In this document: piece by piece, positions 60,701 through 64,000 of the stretch
Layout of the letters: the number at the start of each line of letters is the position of its first letter
Position numbering within the stretch: the stretch's first letter is position 1
Assembly: GCF_000143415.4 (NCBI RefSeq)
Contig: NW_003314316.1
Span: forward strand, 598,182 to 662,181
DNA: 64,000 bases
Direction: 5' to 3'
Source of the DNA: Selaginella moellendorffii
Lineage: Eukaryota; Plantae; Lycopodiophyta
Made by a program: the position numbers and the translations under genes
Notes under the pieces: model-generated
Database searches by the model: none
What the model saw: only the letters and a program-made list of their open reading frames with translations
What the model was told of the DNA's origin: nothing

Positions 60701-62411
60701 TCGGTCCTAATTGGCTTCAAGTTATGGCAATTTCCCTGGCCCCTCAGGACTCCTCCTTGATGGATGTGATAAAAAACGATCTTCAATCTGACGACGTCGC
60801 CAGCGACATTTTCCCCCATCTTTAGGCTGGACACCTAGTGACTCCTGACTGCCAGCGATTTGATGAGTTCGAGTTCTTAGATGGCTTGTTGTACCGTGGG
60901 GAGCAACTATACATTCCTGAAGGTGATGCTCGAAAGTTGGTCCTGATGGCGTGCCATGATAGCCCGACTGCTGGTCACTTCAGCATTGCGAAAACCTATG
61001 AGTTGGTTGCACGGGACTTTTGGTGGCCTCACATGGACGACTACATCAAAGCTTTTGTTACCTCTTGTGACACTTGTGCCTGGAATAATGTACCTCGCCA
61101 CCTTCCTTCAGGTTTCCTTCATTCCCTCTCAATCCCTTCAGGTCCTTGGGAATCCATCTCCATAGATTTCTTGAGTGATCTTCTGAGTTCTGGAGGCTTC
61201 AACAACATTTTAGTCATGGTGGATCACTTCACAAAGATGGCACACTTCCTACCAAGGAGTTTTCGGGCGAGGACATGGCAAAACTAGTATTCAGGGAAAT
61301 TTTTTGACTTCATGGGATTCCTGCAGATGTGGTTTCGGATTGGGGACCTCAGTTCATCTCTCATTTCTAGAAACGGTTCTTGCAGCTACTTGGAGTGAAG
61401 GTCAACCTCTCTTTGGCATATCATCCTCAAACTGATGGATAATCCGAGTGAACAATTTAGATGTTAGAACAATTCTTGAGGTGCTTCATTAACTATCATC
61501 AGGATGACTGGTTTGATATCCTTCCCCTTATTAAGTTCTCCTATAACAATTCTATTCACTCCTCCCTTTGAAATTCCCCCTTCTTTGCAAACTCTGGCCA
61601 AAATCCCCGATTCAATCTCTCACTTCCTTCTCCATCCGAATCCTCTTGTTTAAATCCCTACTCTGAGGCATTTGTCTCCAACCTCTAGGAAATCCACAAC
61701 TCCATCTCCTTCCACCTCCATCGTGCTCAAGAATTTTATAAAACATTTACCAATGTCCATCGTCAAGATTGTCCCCCTTACAATATCGGGGATAGAGTCT
61801 GGTCCTCAGGCAAAATATCTCCAACAACAGGCCATGTCCCAAACTTGATTTCAAACACCTTGGTCCTTTCCCTATCACTGCCATCATTAATCCTGTCATT
61901 TATCGCCTTGCACTTCCCTCCTCATATCAAATTCACCCTGTTTTTCACTCCTCTCTCCTTGAGCCTTATATTCCCAATCCTATTCCAAATTGGGTCATTC
62001 CTCTGCCTCCACAAGTGCAGCTCGAGGATGGGTCTGAGTACAAGGTTCAGAACATCCTTGATTCCAAGATCTCACGGTCTAAATTCTACTATCTGGTAGA
62101 CTAGAAGGGTTATGGACCTGAGGAACACACTTGGGAACCTGAGGAACACACTTGGGAACCTGCGGACAACCTGATTCATTCTCTTGACTTTGTTTAAGAC
62201 TTCCACCACCGCTATCCTTCTTATCCCAATCCTCATTCTTTTCATTCTCCATCTCCTGTCCTTTGCCTCCCATCTCATCCTTCTCTTCATTCTCATTCAC
62301 ATCCTCGTTCCACTCATTCTTGAGGAGGGGATGTTGTCAGGAATCCCCCAATTCTTGCCACATTCCTGACTCTCGTCGGATTTCTGACCTGCAGACCATA
62401 TTCCTGACTCT
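57740..62411 (+). mobile_element. Degenerate Tcn1-like Ty3/gypsy chromovirus with a truncated 3' LTR (62335-~62411)
   Basis: gag (DQFRFGL, LCLY..H...CP), LDLGATSCFMD protease, LPEKYHDF.DVF..PYDCPIDL RT leader, RNaseH, integrase, chromodomain, PPT GAGGAGGGG; 5' LTR not found. Clade call is from remembered motifs. Confidence 0.8.
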
Positions 62412-64000
62412 TGAGAAGCAATAATGATATACTTATTGGTAGCATTTGATCGTAAAAAAGGCCTCATTAAATCAAACACCACCAACTTAAATGGATAGGA
62501 AATTGCAATTGACTCCAACTGTTCTTCTACAGCATGAGAAGGAGTATTACAAATTTGGCATCAAACATAACTACATATATATTGGATAACATTACATCAC
62601 ATCTTCGGTAATAAAAAGATCTGTATAGCTTCTTGGTCACATGATGATATCCCATATGCCCATCTAAAATAAGAGAATCATGGTAGGCCATAAAGAAAGC
62701 ATGGAATAAAAATTGAAAGCATCACTAGCTATAAATGATTATCAAAATCTGTTCCTACAAAATAAAGAAGACCGTTCTCAAAGTGATAATGAGAATGTAA
62801 ATGCCAAAATGGCAAGTCATTAGCAAGTAATGAAGGATTCTTAAACCCATCACAAAGCCTGAATCCATAGCTCAATCTTTTAAAACTCATGAACCTCGTC
62901 AAAAGAAGGTAAATCATGCTCTACACCTTGTGGACATTGAACATCAAGTACAGGAGCTACCGATGGCATAGAATCCTTGTTTAATAACTCCACAGATGCT
63001 GGAACAAAAGACTCATCAAAAACATGAGAAGAGAATGAAAAAGGAAAAGGAGCTTGAGAACGAGCATCAGCATAAGCCATAGAACTCCCTAGATGATGAA
63101 CAACATCAAAATCATATATTTAAAGCTTCAAATCCTATTAAGTAGTACAATTAACCAAATTCTTTTGTTTTAATAATAAAGTAATTACACCATGATTACC
63201 TTTTAGTAATGTTTGAAAGCCATATAAATATGCATAAAGTTTTTCAAAACCCCAAAATACTACTAAACACTTCTCTCTTGTGGAGTAGTTCACCTCCACT
63301 AGTTGTAATGTATGGTTAATATATATGATAGAATGGCATTGACCAAACACATTTGGGCTCTTTTATATCAACATACTTCCAAGATCAATATCATAAGCAT
63401 CCATGCAAAAAATGAAAAACCGAATGTAATCAAGATATGCCAAAATTGAAGGAGTTATCAATAACTCTTTGAGATTTATAAACACCCACTCACATGTAAG
63501 TTACAAATTTTTCCTTTCCAATTTATTAACTTATTTTATCTATTTGATTATCACGGCCTTGGCCTTAGTTAAATTCCCTCACCAAGGTTCCCACCTATTG
63601 TACCAGCTCTTACTTGGTCTTACTTGGTTTCAGCAATTCACTGCACAAGTAATAAAGTGTTAGCCATCCATCCACATTTTCCCAAATTCTCTCCCAATCC
63701 CTGGGGTTAGATTGAACTTAAGGTTCGGCTACACTCCCCGCAGGCACAAGTAGCCAAGCACACCAAACCTCCAGATTCTTAACATCCCTTGGTACAATAA
63801 GACTTGATCATGGGACCCTCTAAATCCCAAGCCTTGGGTGCAACACTTGCTCCGGGACACTAGGGGGAAACATCATGGTCTAATGGCTTGGTATGGGTAC
63901 CTCTACTCCCCCATTTCCATCCTAAAGGGAAGACCCAAGCCTCTAGGAAGGGCAAGGACCAATGAGCCACAAGGTACTCAATTGGGGCACTACTCCACAT
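62412..64000 (-). repeat. Paralogous copy of ~830-2420 (old gypsy pol plus family-B LTR starting at 63495)
   Basis: Colinear similarity, including the same LTR insertion point (TCACA|TGTAAG). Confidence 0.85.

Overview
Repeat-rich land-plant nuclear DNA. The ~50-bp introns, 31-aa 'MPERNLxSW' PPR repeats and intronless PAL suggest a Selaginella-like lycophyte (inference). Bases 1-44.3 kb are a nest of Ty3/gypsy LTR elements, about five insertions deep, that can be ordered from TSDs, PBS and PPT. At its centre is a 13,750-bp Sola1-like DNA transposon (18802-32551) with 24-bp TIRs and a TAGT TSD, inserted into the RT of a chromovirus. It carries a ~1030-aa DDD/E transposase gene (-) and, divergently, a multi-exon ~1600-aa cargo gene (+) with a ParB/Srx-like N-terminus, a degenerate amino-methyltransferase-like fold, an acidic linker and an FCP1/NIF-like HAD domain. 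About 30 copies of a 22-bp palindrome (ATGGCRTG-N6-CAYGCCAT) are dispersed through this element, including inside its introns, and I saw none outside it. This transposon/cargo-protein/palindrome set is the best candidate for an undescribed system. Other notable features are two spliceosomal-type introns inside the host retrotransposon's integrase, Cassandra-like 5S-rRNA-containing TRIM LTRs (44.5-45.5 kb), and an intact PAL lacking the catalytic Tyr. The right end also holds a PPR gene, CCDC86 and ClpX pseudogenes, a Tcn1-like chromovirus, and a duplicated copy of the window's first ~2.4 kb. All coordinates were read by eye; no database searches were run.
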